A DNA stretch of 64,000 nucleotides from Phoronis australis. Lineage: Eukaryota > Animalia > Phoronida. The stretch is taken from assembly GCA_002633005.1 (NCBI GenBank), contig NMRA01000396.1, forward strand, positions 359,146-423,145, written 5' to 3'. The position numbers were made by a program, and so were the translations under genes. This document shows, piece by piece, positions 38,847 through 52,000 of this stretch; the stretch's first letter is position 1; each line of letters opens with the position of its first letter. Under the pieces are notes generated by a model that saw only the letters and a list, made by a program, of their open reading frames with translations, did no database searches and was not told where the DNA came from.

Positions 38847-39618
38847 ATTTGTTCTCAGATATTTCAAAAATCTCTAGAGTGCTTTGATCCCAGAACCAAA
38901 GTTGTAAACACCGTCTAAAATTAGATTTTGACGTTAAAATACATGTCAACAAGTTTGACCCCACGATTTAAAAGTACATATGCACAAATTTTGGGCAACT
39001 TAAAATGGATCTATTCTTACTAATTACTTAATCAATATTTATTCTGACAGAATGTTTCAATTTTTATATTCCCGGATGGATTTTTTCGAAGTTCCTTATA
39101 AACTTTTGATAATTTTGAATGGTCTAGTGCTTTAACTTGTATAATTCACAAACTAAAAATTCTGATCAATTTATTACGAAATAAAACTTTACTTGTTATT
39201 CAACATTTTCACAGATTGTCCTGTCGCGTAACCGGTTTGGGTACCGTACTTGGCATACATATGATGTCATACAACAACAAGGTTTTGCCACGATGATGCA
39301 AATAAGTCAATATAAATGGGATAAATAGGTTATTCACACATGCATAGGAATACTATCTCGAATTCATTTCAGTCTCGTTGGGACATTCCCAGATCAGATG
39401 AATTCTCGATATTATATGGCAGTAGTATTCCTGGGTATGTGGGTTAACCTATATTTATCCCATATACATGTATATGAACATGTGGACAGTGTATAAGTTA
39501 CGTAATCAACTCTGATGTACGGGAAATTAGAGTCACGGTTGGTGTGCAGTCTGCTAGTGGAGTAGGCCTAAATGCTAAATTTTATTGGGTTCAACGATTT
39601 GGGTTACCTATATTTATT

Positions 39619-39620
<2 letters not shown>

Positions 39621-39662
<42 letters not shown>
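39621..39662. repeat. (AT)n microsatellite inside an imperfect tandem duplication (~39440-39835)
   Basis: Seen directly in the sequence. Confidence 0.9.
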
Positions 39663-39666
<4 letters not shown>

Positions 39667-40418
39667 ATATGGACAGCGCATACGTCAGGTAATCAACTGT
39701 GATATACAGAAAAGTAGAGCCAATTCGTATATAACGGTAGAGGCCGTATTTCACGCTTGGTGTGTAGTCTGCTTGTAGAGTAAATTCGCGTGCACAGCGC
39801 CAAAGTTTATTGGGCTCAATCAATCGGGTTACCTAAATCATTAATCCAAGGCATCGCTCCTGAAAAAGCAGATTTACTGTTCTAAAATAGAAAAGATTTA
39901 CCGACGAAAATTCCGACGCACGGTGATCAGGCGTCTATTTTTCGGACTCGCTAAGATTGTTGTGGACAGTAGCGTGTGTTGCGAGGTGTTGCCTTGGTTT
40001 GTTTGTATAATTTTTCTCGGTAACGAATGGGCATTAAGATGACAAGTGAAACCCACGAGTTTCTGTTTATTATATCTTACATTTTTGTACAAAAGTGTTT
40101 TTAGTAAGATTTGTCAAAGCATCATTGAATAGTGAGTAATTGTGAATGGAGTCACAATTTAAGCTGCAGTCTAGCTTTTCGATAATGTTGCAATTTCGCC
40201 AGTTATTGAGAAAGTATGTTTATATTTGCGGCGTGTAAGAATATTTTGAAACGTACGTAGGGCGTTTAGGGTGAAATTTCTCTATTGTTTTGAAGCAATG
40301 AAGATAGGACAGTGATCTGAAATCTGAGAGAGAAGAATACTGTTGATGTAAAGGAGTTATGTTTTAAAGTTGCTGAGCTGGAGATAAGACGTGTAGAGCA
40401 TGTAATAGAAGATCTTAA

Positions 40419-40904
40419 AGGGAAATGGCACCAAAAACAATTTCTATCAGTTTAGATTTTACAGTTGTACACGATAAGAGCAAATTCAGTTCTTTTACCT
40501 GACACCAGACGGCAGACGGAGATGCTGAAATAAACCAATGACGTCACAGGTTCAAACATAGTCTGCTCAGCAGTTCACAAGACCCTTATTGGTGACATTT
40601 ATCGCTTGAATTCATAGTTTTACACCAATAAATCATCAAAAATCGATGTAAACCCATTACAAATACATTGAGGTTTTTAACAAATGAGTCGTTTTACTTC
40701 GCTGTTTCGGGTATATAGAAATTTTGAACGTACCGTAAAGCCTGCACTCAGATGAAGAACCACTGACGTCGCTGCGTTGAGTACTCACCTTCCACAGGTT
40801 AACGCGATACCGTTCGGCGAGGTGAGCTCTATTGTATACGAGTTGAAGTGGATATATGCCGATTAAGACTCTAAAAATCTAATCAAATCGGGCGGCATTC
40901 TACT
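40419..40904 (-). mobile_element. Short, internally deleted and more diverged relative of the Kolobok element
   Basis: TTAA-flanked (40415-40418, 40905-40908); the two halves match the reverse complement of the two ends of 27770-29438. Confidence 0.7.
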
Positions 40905-43079
40905 TTAAATACCATTCAGGAATGATTGAACTTTGTTTTTTGTTTGTGTCTCTAGAATATTTAATTTGTAATATCCCCTCGGGCGATAATTCTCCAAAAT
41001 CCACTCCTGCTCTAGATAACGGGGGATAACGACTTCGCCATGTAATAATCGATATTTATCATTTACGTGAGTGTTAAGGCCACCGTTTGTTGAACACAAG
41101 CCAGGTACAGGTTTGAAGTACATGCTGTAGCCATCAATTTGAAAGACTGGTTTACCATGATTCTTGTATTAAGATGATGACGAAATATATATATTTAGAG
41201 TCAATGCTCTGCAGGAATGATTCGAATTGAGTGAATTTTGTGTTAAGTGATTGAATTGTAAAACTTGACACAGTTAGACTTATTTCATTTAGTTCATGAA
41301 CGTGTTAAACGGCTTCAGTATAAAAAATGGGAGTTGGGAATTGGAGTTTAGGTGCAGTAATCAACTTACTTGTATATGCGACAGAAGTCAAGTGTATTTT
41401 CACTTCCAAAACTAAGATAATAGAGGAGCATGAACAAGAGCAGCACCAGCAGAAAACTGCTTTCTGTTGGTCATATGGGGACATTTACTAGTGTTTTTCT
41501 TTGATTGGTCGTCATATATGATCAGTGAAATAGTGTCAATAAAAATACACAAAGGATGGTTAAGATAAACACATAAAAAGTTTAAAAAAACTTATTAGAC
41601 AGACAAGATTGATATTGAGATACATATATGAAACATTAGACATTTGAAACTTTAACAGCCAAAATTACAAGTCAAATCTATGCATATTTCATAAATAGTA
41701 TAACATTTTGAATTAACTGTTCTGTGATGGATAAATAAGTTAAGTAGCTTCACGCAGTCGACGGTAGCGACCCCAGGTGGTGTACATGATAACCTGATTC
41801 CTTTATGAATTTTAAGCTTAAAGATTTGAAAAGAACTTAAAGGAAACTGCATTTTTTTATGGATGTTAACCTGCAAAAATCGTTCGGCAAAATTTGCAAC
41901 AACTGCTCTGAAAAAATCTTAATGAAAACTGGGCATTGGGCCTTTACCAACTAGCAAAGTATCTGTAAGTAATAGTTGGTTTAAAATGTTACGGTACAAA
42001 ATATCTTGTCATTTGCGAGGCATGTTGTCTCCCGGTCGACAATGAAGGTTGCAACAATCGCCGTCAACACCAACAGTGACAATATGTGTCCAATGTCACA
42101 TCAATTACAGTGAACTGCCGTCAACACTGACAATATCTGCCATAGCATGACTGCACATTCTCCCGTCCTATTTCTTGTAGAAATGTAGTCTGCTTATCAC
42201 AGTTTTTGCCGCACAGGAATATCCAGGGTAAAAGGGGGTCCCAGAAAATTATCAAAAGTTTAAAATGAAGCAGTGGCAAGTCAAGCGTGTGGATATCCGG
42301 GAGACTGGTTTGTTTCCATGGCGAGTACCACTAAAGCTTTACAAAAATCCAAACAGCTATGACTGCCTAATTGTCTGTCATCGAAGTCTGTCGGATGCCA
42401 TCAATTGTTATGATTTTAGTAAATGTGCATCGAGTTTTAAAAATCAAACACATGGCTATGTTAACTTTATTGCTGAAACATCGTAGAGAAAACTTGAGTT
42501 ATCTCGAACTTAAAAGCTCCACGTTTTCGTAAAGTTAGCCTGAGTTATTTACTACTGTTTATTATTTAGATAAGATCATGTTTAATCAAGCCCCCTCGCC
42601 AACTCCGTGAATCAGCCTTAGTTACTTGAAGGATTGGGGCTCTCGGGGGGGGGGCAAAAGTTGTAGTAACTGAAAAGCGTAATTTTGTTTAGACCTCAAA
42701 TGGTGATTTCTAAGAGTAGCTGCAGGGAAAGTTGAGTTTCGGATGCAACGCGATCATAGAACGTTAGGTTTAAAACTAAAAATTGTAAAACGTGCCTTTC
42801 GCACACATTTACATCGTGATCAAGCACCAGCTTGTATATACCTTGCTTAGATCGCCCTGGACAGGTTATCTCCACTCATGCGACACAAACCTGGCATGGC
42901 ATTATTTTCTAACAAGGAATCCGCTCACAAATATATCGGCAGAGACAATTTACCACAGGAACCAAAAGAAATGAAGTGTTGTAATGAAAGCGTATTAAAT
43001 GGTCGTTTTGGGTTCATTTCTCTTTAAGAGGACTCATGAAATGTCGATTTATTTGATGTGACGATATTCGTTTTTCAGT

Positions 43080-43321
43080 TTCAGGGGAGCAGTCTCCTGA
43101 ACCAGACGGTCTCGCCACCTGCTGACTACCTAAGAATAGACTTAGTTCCAGTAGCAGCACCTACTGTCTGTTCGTCTTAAAACGAGAAAGGTATGGACTC
43201 GATCTGAAGGCAAGGGAAAGCGATGCAAAATATCCGGTTTGACAAGTGAAAATCAGTTCGGTTGAATATGTTTAGAGTTTCTGAAAATTCCTTTTATAAG
43301 ATTTTCCAGGCGGGTTGTAAG
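43080..43321 (+). other. Putative non-coding 5' exon of TLR copy B (start approximate)
   Basis: Homologue of 7280-7545 ending at AAG|gtaatt. Confidence 0.5.
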
Positions 43322-43769
43322 GTAATTTGGATTTATTATCTACAATGAGGTTATAATTGTTACCAGACTCTTTACTGGCTTATCAACCACGGACCTTAGG
43401 TCTAGTCACCTTTTGACTCTCATAGGCTGATGATCGCCACGTGCTTTTAAGAATTTGTTTGTTCTATTACACGTGTTTCAGCGCATAATTCGTTGATCTC
43501 TGACGCCCCACTACATCTTTTATCGATTGTGTTTTCTCGTTTCTCCGTGTTGCGGTTTTTTATTGCCAAACTCTTCAGAGATAACATTATTTTACTACTG
43601 TTTACCTACGTTCTTTTGTACCACCAGTCTAGTCATAATAAATAACACTTTTACGGCATTCACATATCTCCATTTCATCCGTGGAAACAAGATTGCGACG
43701 CATGACACCCAGTTTAAAAACGTATGTTCCAACAGCGGAGACATAACGCTATTGGTTACAAGTTAATCA

Positions 43770-43950
43770 ACATCTAAATTAAGATTATTTACAAGGCGAG
43801 TAACAGGTTTGGTTGCAGTATCAAAGGAGGCTTTTTGGATCTTAGTTAAAAGAATCCCACCCTGAACCAGCATGGTGGAGTGAGATTTAACCTGTCCAAA
43901 GACTGGAAGAGGGCACTGCACTTACTATCCAACAGAGGTCCCACTGGTAC
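43770..43950 (+). mobile_element. Probable Penelope endonuclease C-terminal fragment
   Basis: Frameshifted IK/EAFWI..PTLNQHGGVRFNLSKDWKRAL resembles the KEAI.I..P.LNRDGG.RY.L..W tail of Penelope proteins. Confidence 0.5.
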
Positions 43951-45099
43951 AGTTCCATGGGAAAGACAGTGAGAGCTGAGACCGCCAGTCAAAAAAGACA
44001 GGTGTGATCGCTGCAACGCAAAGTTTTCGTAGGTATGCAAGGTTGAAAGATGCATAATTGCTCACATACTTACAGACAATATGTACTAGCAGGCAGCTCC
44101 GAGACAGCCGTATAAACTTTGACAAATCATATAACGTAGCAGTTTAAATAGCAAACTATCAAAAAGCTGCGCTATGTATTTTGTGTCAATTTAGCTCAAG
44201 TGATTCCATGTATTCGACTACAGCACCTGCAGTTCTTTTACCTCATAGCAGGTGGCGGGCGTAACTTAGCCAGTCACGAGCTATGACTCAGTGGGTCTCT
44301 CTTGGCACAAACCAAGAAAACTTATCGCCTGGACTCAACTAAGGTTTCAAGGCCATAGATTTCCCAATTCGAAAGCTGAAATTTTATGTGCTTATTAGTT
44401 CTATTGCAGGCAACGTCTTTGTAATAAATAAAGGGCATCGCCTTGTATTATTATTTAGAATGGACAAAATGTTCAGCTTTAGGGACAAAAACTTTCTTTA
44501 ACACCAAGTAACGTGTTCTGGGGCCGGCCAGGGTGGATGGTCGTCATGGAACAAAACGTGACCCCAATACTGAACCAAAGAAAGAATCGTGTTGTGCAGT
44601 TTTAATTAGAGGCAACATAAATAAAAATACGAGCCGTCATTTTTGTATAGCAGCCAATCGTCTACTTAAACTTTTTCGACAAAAAATGACCACTCGTTGT
44701 TAGCAAACCCACTCGGTTTTCTGCTCATTGAGCCTGTGTCTGTGCCTGGTGCGTTTGAACAATGCATGTTTAGCGTCGTCGAGAATAGGTGATACGTGAA
44801 TAACAATTTGTTAAATATGAAAAAGTTATTTCATCAATCTTTCTGGCAAAAGCAACAAATGTTCAATACAAATGTAACAAAGTCGTCGATAAGATATGAC
44901 TTTTAAATCTAATTGACACATTTTGGCCATTTTTATAATATTGAAATACCCATAGAAGCAAGGTGCTATCATAGGTGTATCAGAAATAACACAAAAACAT
45001 GGTAGTTTCAAATGTGTAAAAATAAGCGATTTGTTCCCTTTCGAACGGCAGACCCCTTACCTATAAAGTACGCTCTCTTCACGTTTTGCAGGTTCAACG

Positions 45100-46090
45100 A
45101 TGCTTCGTTTGGATTACCTTATTTCGTTGCTGTGGGTGTCAGTGGCTCTCATCCAAGCAGCTCTTCATGGCCATGTTGTAATAGAGTCAGTGATATGTGA
45201 TGCGCCCAGCGGCTGCACGTGCCAAAGATCAAATGGTGTTATAACAACGGTGTCGTGTATTGGTCTTGGCTTGGGTGCCTTCCCAAATTTTCCGAAAACT
45301 GTCAAGAGAATAGAATTAACAAGCAATAATATTACACGCATCTCTAGAAGTGATATCGGAGGGTATTTATCGTTAACGGAGATAAATCTATCTAAGAATT
45401 CTTTAAATTTTCTGGGTGATGATGTTTTTGTGGATACGCCTCATTTGAAGAAACTGAATCTCTCGGAAAATCCGTTGGTCTTGACAAATTGTTCAGTGTT
45501 TTCGTCGCTGAAAAAACTTGAAGTGCTGTCACTAAAATACATCGACGCAGATGAGAAGTGCATTAAGCAGATTGGATCGAGTTCACCTTCCCTTTACTTC
45601 TTTGCTGGACGTGTTTCAAACATCAGAGTTGTCATGCCCAACTTAAGGAATTTGCGAACTCTCGATGTGGAGAGTAGCTTTCTGCAGACACTGTCAGGGA
45701 ACGATTTCACGACCAATAATTCTTTGATCCTGGAAAGATTGTCTCTTCGTGAAACTGGATTACGGAATATTAAGCCAAACACATTTTCCAAACTAAAAAA
45801 CTTAACCTTCTTGGACCTTTCCTGCAACGAAGATTTGAAGTTTGAAGGAGCAATGAAAGGCCTGGAAGGAATCAACCAAACTTCAATTCGTTCCCTAATC
45901 CTTGACAGCGTCAACATGCGAGATAGTATAAGGTATACGTTGCCAGCCGTGAAAGAACACTTCGCTTCTCTGAAGGGAACAAATATAAAACATCTCAGTA
46001 TTCGATATAATAAGATAGTGCCATATGCTGGAACGTTGTTCTTCTATTTACCTCACTTGGAATACATCAACGCAGATTCAAATTACATAG
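45100..46090 (+). CDS. TLR copy B coding exon 1
   Basis: ttttgcag|GTT at 45092, ATG at 45100, donor ATAG|gtaag; LRR motifs. Confidence 0.92.
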
Positions 46091-49000
46091 GTAAGAACCT
46101 GGCACTTTATTGTGCAGTATGCAGTGTACCACTTTTGATATGTGCCAGCAAGGTTTCTTGAAACATCGCTTAGCGATTTATTAATGGTTCATGCACCGGT
46201 AATTAGGTCAACTAGAAATTATCATCGACTTCACGCTGAAATAAATCAACATGGTGGTTTTATTACATGTATGTGTGATGCGGAATGCTAATTCATACTA
46301 CTGAAAAATTACAACAATTTAAAGGATTCGTCAAAGAACATGAACCAAAGAAATGGTTTTCATATTGCATTGCCTGGGGCTTTATTTTCATATATTTTAA
46401 ATAAATATAAAAGTTCGATTGTAGAACAAATGCAACAGCTGGATTTTCTGTTGTTATCAGGGATCCGTTTGCCATAGGTCGTATGTCCAGTCACAGGTAA
46501 ACATAAGTGCCGCAATCCCAATCCACAGCATGTGCAAGCACCTGGCAATGACTGTGACTCTTACAGTATCTTGTACATGTAGACCCACAGACCCAAAACG
46601 GAGGTAATACGGCACCTCCCTCCCCNNNNNCCCCCCCCCCCCCCCCCCCCAACCCCTTCAATTACTTGCAGGCGCTGGAAACGAAACCTTAGAGCCGATC
46701 TGGCAGGTGATATTCTCTTCCGTTGCTACGAAGGGTAGCACTGTACTTTATTTTTGCCTAAATCTAATGTGTGCGGGGTCTTATCACTAGACGGAGCAGT
46801 ATTTTTCCCATTTCTCAAAATCATCTAATAAGAATGTGCGAAAGATACAAGCAATAATAGTTCCTTGGCTTTACAGTTGAAGCCCATTATTACAAGATAA
46901 GGCCAAAAAGCAAAATGTTCGTTTCTGTCTATACCCCTGACTCATTTTGACATCTGGTCCCACCGACTAAAAAATCTCCGGATTTTATCAATTTCAGACA
47001 AGGTCTCGTGAATGCGACTTAGGAACGTACCCAAACCAGTGTGTCATGACCACGAACACGAGTTTCTTATACAAACTATAGAGCTCTAGTGGAATGCCAA
47101 CTCCGATCTCTTGGCCTCTGAGGTCGCGTTGCTCATACGTGAGAGTTATTTGCATTCGTTTGTTCCGGTGTGTGTTCTTGCTATGAAATTTACTGTCATT
47201 AAAACTTTTCGCAACTCCACTCAGTAACAAGTGGTAACCTTTTTAAACAGATGATATATTAACGGTGGAAGCTTAGCATGATAAGATGTGTAGTAGCTAG
47301 TACATTTGCTAAAAACTTATTTTACAGTATCACTTTATTTCTGTTTTGTTTAAAATTTTCAATTGGTTCGAGTACAAACACCATTTTAAAAGTTCACGAC
47401 CTCCGACCCCTGCCCCCGGACATAGGAAGTCGAGAATGGATTCATTGCAATCTCAATCATTCAGATGTAGCATAAAAATGCCCCTCGGGCAATAATTCTC
47501 TAAAATTCACTCGGGCTCTAGATATAATCGAAAATGATGTATAGAGATTACCTCAGTAGCTAACAATTATTACAAGGACAGCAAGTGCCAACACACAGCT
47601 CAGATAATGTCCATGTAGTGAAGTGGGAGATACAGGGAATATAGTCTGTAATTGGTCATCACCATAGTTGCAGGGTCACTGAGCTCTGCATGTTGTTTAG
47701 AGAATAAGTAGCATGCTGGTTCTGAATGGCCATTGAATGTTTAATGTACAGTAATTTCTTATTAGTTTAATCTCTGCAGATAACATTAACTGAATTGGCT
47801 TGGTGATTGTTGCTAACACAATGCCTATATATGTTGCTTATCTCTGAGGTGTAATGTTATTTCAGCCTGTCATAGAAGCGTCTTTGTGTGAGTCCGATAT
47901 AGAATTCCTTACAGTTGTCACATTCAACCTGATAAACAACATTGCACTTGTTCAATAAAGGGATGGGTGACTTCAGTTTACACAGCATATTGGAAAGTTT
48001 TCGAAGAGGTTTGAAAACAACTATAAGTTCAACGGCTGGGTCTATGTAATGAATAGACGTCTAGTGAATAGACGAAACGTTGATTTAATATGAACTTCTT
48101 CATTTGTGCGGCGATCGTCCGGTTTTGATTTTACTGTCGCCAAAAACTGATTTAATTAAAAATTATGTGTATGTACATGTACGCAGAGATTGCATTTTTG
48201 CTCCAGTGAGATTTAATATTTTTGAGAAATAATTATGTGGTGCGCAACACCAAATTCAGTCACTTTTCATTAAACATGCCCAGAATTTGCTGATTTTTCC
48301 AAATGGCGTCATCGTACATAAACGGTAGGCCCTTTTTAAATTTTGGCGCCGCAGTGAGCAGTACAATTTCTGTTTGATTCACAGGTATTTACAAAGAGGT
48401 GTTTTCTGTTTGCATCAGTTTGTCTGGTTTGGTCCATTTGAGGGAGATTCACGTTAGCTGGCAGTACACTAGCAACTATGGATGTGAGCGTTACTCCATC
48501 TATCCGATCGACTCAGCATTTACAGGTAGGTTTTTAGAAAGCACTTGACATCATCGGGAACACCACGTGACAGTAAATCTTCCCGCTTTTTCCTCCCAAT
48601 TCAGAGCTGCTTTCCGATACTTAGCCATACACTTGCAGCAAGAAATCTTTGATTATGGAACAGTTCAACCTCATCGAGCAGTACTCGAGTCCGCGGTTTC
48701 GTCCACCATCTTGAATATAATAAGTGATGATAGATTAAAAAACTTAAAACACGTGCGTTTTCTAAGTAAGTGGACAGGGGAGTAAGGTCTGGTAATTAAA
48801 AACCCTTTTCGAAAAATACCGTCTGGATTATCAAAAGTTAAAATCCGAATGTTTGCAAATTCACTCTTTTTAAGGTCACGATTTTTTTACAATTTCCATC
48901 CCGGGGTCAGTGTTTTTAACCCTCAATACAAAAAATTATGTATTTAAAATAATGCAGTTCTTACTGCGAAATCTCGTCAAAAGGAAATTTCCAAAAATAA

Positions 49001-52000
49001 TCACAAAACTCTCGATTTATGAACAAGTTCGTTGGTAGCTGGCATTGTCCTGGTGTTGTCCGTAGTCATAAAGAGATATTGGCGTGTATTTTAAATGACG
49101 GAACGCGTAACTTTGTGTAGATTTTAGCTAGGTCTTAGCGTAGGTCCTAGCGTAGGTCCTAGCGTCTACTGAACGCACGCCTGGTATCACTTCCGTAGCC
49201 GCCGTTATGCTAGGTTACCCTAATAAAATCTTGAGAATTCTCAGGAAGCACTCGCCTTTCAGTTGTGTGATTTTGCCTGATCTCGCTTGTTCCGCAAGAA
49301 AATGGTTACAGTTCTTCCACCCATTTACCATAATGATGTAGGTTTGCGTATTCGTGACGAGAACCTGTCTTTGGATCATGCTCGAACCTGTGATCTCCTT
49401 GCGCATTTCATCCTATATGTTGATGAGAATGAAGGTTTCAAATTTCTAAGCGAGGCGCAAATTCTCGTTCCTAGTTTATTAAATCCAAATGGCTCTGATT
49501 TGACTCATGGCGGCGTTCTGTCGTTCAGCAACTTTTACAGACGTGAGGAATTCTGAACATGTGGTAACATCTGGCTATCTGGCTCCTTTGTTAACTGCCC
49601 AGCACTGCATAACTGTCCCGTATGACAACAAGCCGGCCAATTATCTCCCAGGCTCCAAAGGGTTACTGAAACCAGGCAGAATGGATTGTCTTAACTTCTG
49701 TTGTAGTTGGGCGATTTGGGTGATTCAAAAATTAAACTTGATCAGCATTTGATCAGGAAATCAGAAATGCTATTGGTTTATGTTCAGAATTGTTATAACT
49801 TAACTTTCATTTTGAGCAGCACAGCCCAGTCAGGCTAAAAACGATCTGATCGGAGATTAGAGCAATTATCTAACAAAAGAGATCCGGTCCTCCAAACGTA
49901 AATGCCAGAATGAAGTTAATCAGTCGTGTAAGATATTGGCTATAGGGGTGAACTTCCCAACTTGTTGTTGGGCTATAGAATCGATCAAGTTGGGAGCAAC
50001 GGGAAAACGCCGTAATGTTCAAAAAAGGAAACTGGAATCGTTATTGTACCAGTTCAAATGTAGCAACGCCATCCGTGGGAAAATCCCTATACATGTACAG
50101 TATGTAGTAGCTAGGCGATGACGGTATAATGCAGTGGTTCATTACCAAGGCTGTCCAGTCGCTCATGGGAACCCAGAAAACTCACAAGAACGCCATATTA
50201 GCAACCGAAGCAAGTCATTACATTAACTTTTCTCGCGAGTGTCTCAGGTCTAACGAACGCAGTTGCGGGAGAACGTGAGATACGTGCACTGTCCGTCGTG
50301 CTACGTGTCCAGCATTTGTGCATATATATTCTCACATACGAGAACGTTATTCAATAACTGCCCGGATGCTCTGTTTAAATACATTCTGGCCGAATGCCGA
50401 GTGCAGGGATACAAAGCGTCTTGTTATGCAGGGTTCAAGTCATGTGCTCGCTTTACCCACTCGCAAAAGAACTTTACCGTCAACAGGTGCCGGTGCAGAT
50501 ATTTCCCTTTGGTATTTCTCCTGTCAATCTCCTTTATCATTGATAGAGTTTAGTTTCTAAGACCATTTAATTATGTACATTTTCGAAGCGACTTTCCTTC
50601 TCTTTTGTCACCTTTTTGTCTTTATTCATGGCGAGTTTGTGTTGTTCGTGACGAGTACATTACAAAAGCTTAAATCTCCAAACCATGAACCCGAAACCGA
50701 CGTTAAGTTTGATCGATCTAGGTAAGGAAGCAGTCTTGTGATTGACACTTCAATGCATGTCAAAACTAGATAGCGTTCCGCGGACCAAGTTTCTTACAAA
50801 AACAGAAAATCTCACAAGAACTCGGAAACGCGTTCGAGTTTAAAGCGAGAGTTTCACGAGTATGGCGTTGCTCCAGTGTTTACCTGCCTGCCCTGCCAAA
50901 ATGGGGGCCAATGACATGATTGGTCGGTGAGTTGAGTACACGAGTCCTCGTTTTCGTCCATCATCTCGAATATTTTATTCACGTGCGTTACTCGTGTAAG
51001 TGGACTGGAGAGCAAGGCCTGCTAAAATCAATGTTTTAAAGATATCGACTGTTTTGTCAATAACTTGAAATTAAACCACTCCCAACAGTTAGAACCACCC
51101 CATGCTCAAATTTGGAACGCCTTGTTTGATGCCGATGTTGCCGATAATTTGCAAGGTCGACCACGCTTTCAGGATCAGGGTTGGTACTGTTAGTAAACCC
51201 GTGCTATAAAGAAAATAAAAGTTTTATATAGTATTTCAATAGAAGCGTTTTAGCATCATTAAAATTGTCAATTGTTGCTGTTACTTGTCACTCCGGCATC
51301 GGCTGGTCATCGAAGCCAAAATACGAGGGATCAAAAGCTAATTTCATCTAAAAGATTCTGTACGCGAACAGCACACAAATATTCATGCACTGATGACACG
51401 AATTTATTATCAAGTGCTGTTTTCACCATTTACTCGCTACTTTTAAAAGAACTACGCTTTTTATTGTTTGGTTCCTATGGAGCGCAACGTAAAACTCGAC
51501 TTGTTTTCTCTGAAAAGTTCTCTATCACTCCGGTGCTGACACCTATTGTGCTTACTCAACTCGAAATCTTGGATTCGTGTGCTTTGTATTATGGGATTGA
51601 GTTCATTGTTTCCGCTCCATAAGTGACGATTCTTCGCAGCAAGTGCAAGCGGATACCTTCCCGCGTCTACAGAACTCAACCCAGTTGTTTGTTCCTTGGC
51701 TGTTGTCGCTAAGTACTAAGATCACGTGCTTTGCTTGTGGTGTATGGCAATAAAACGAAACTAAATTCTACTTGCACGGTCTCGCCAAATTCGCAAGAAG
51801 CTAGCCTCATGAAATTGAGGACTAAGTTTTAACAACTCGCTGGAAATTGCAATATCGACCACAATATCAAAGTACACGAAGAAAGGATTTTCCATTATTT
51901 CGGTACAAATAGATCCCGCCTATGATTCGCTTCAACATATGTAAGATAAGTTGTTTCCGATATTAATTGCAGAAACAAATTCTCCTTTCAGAATACACTC

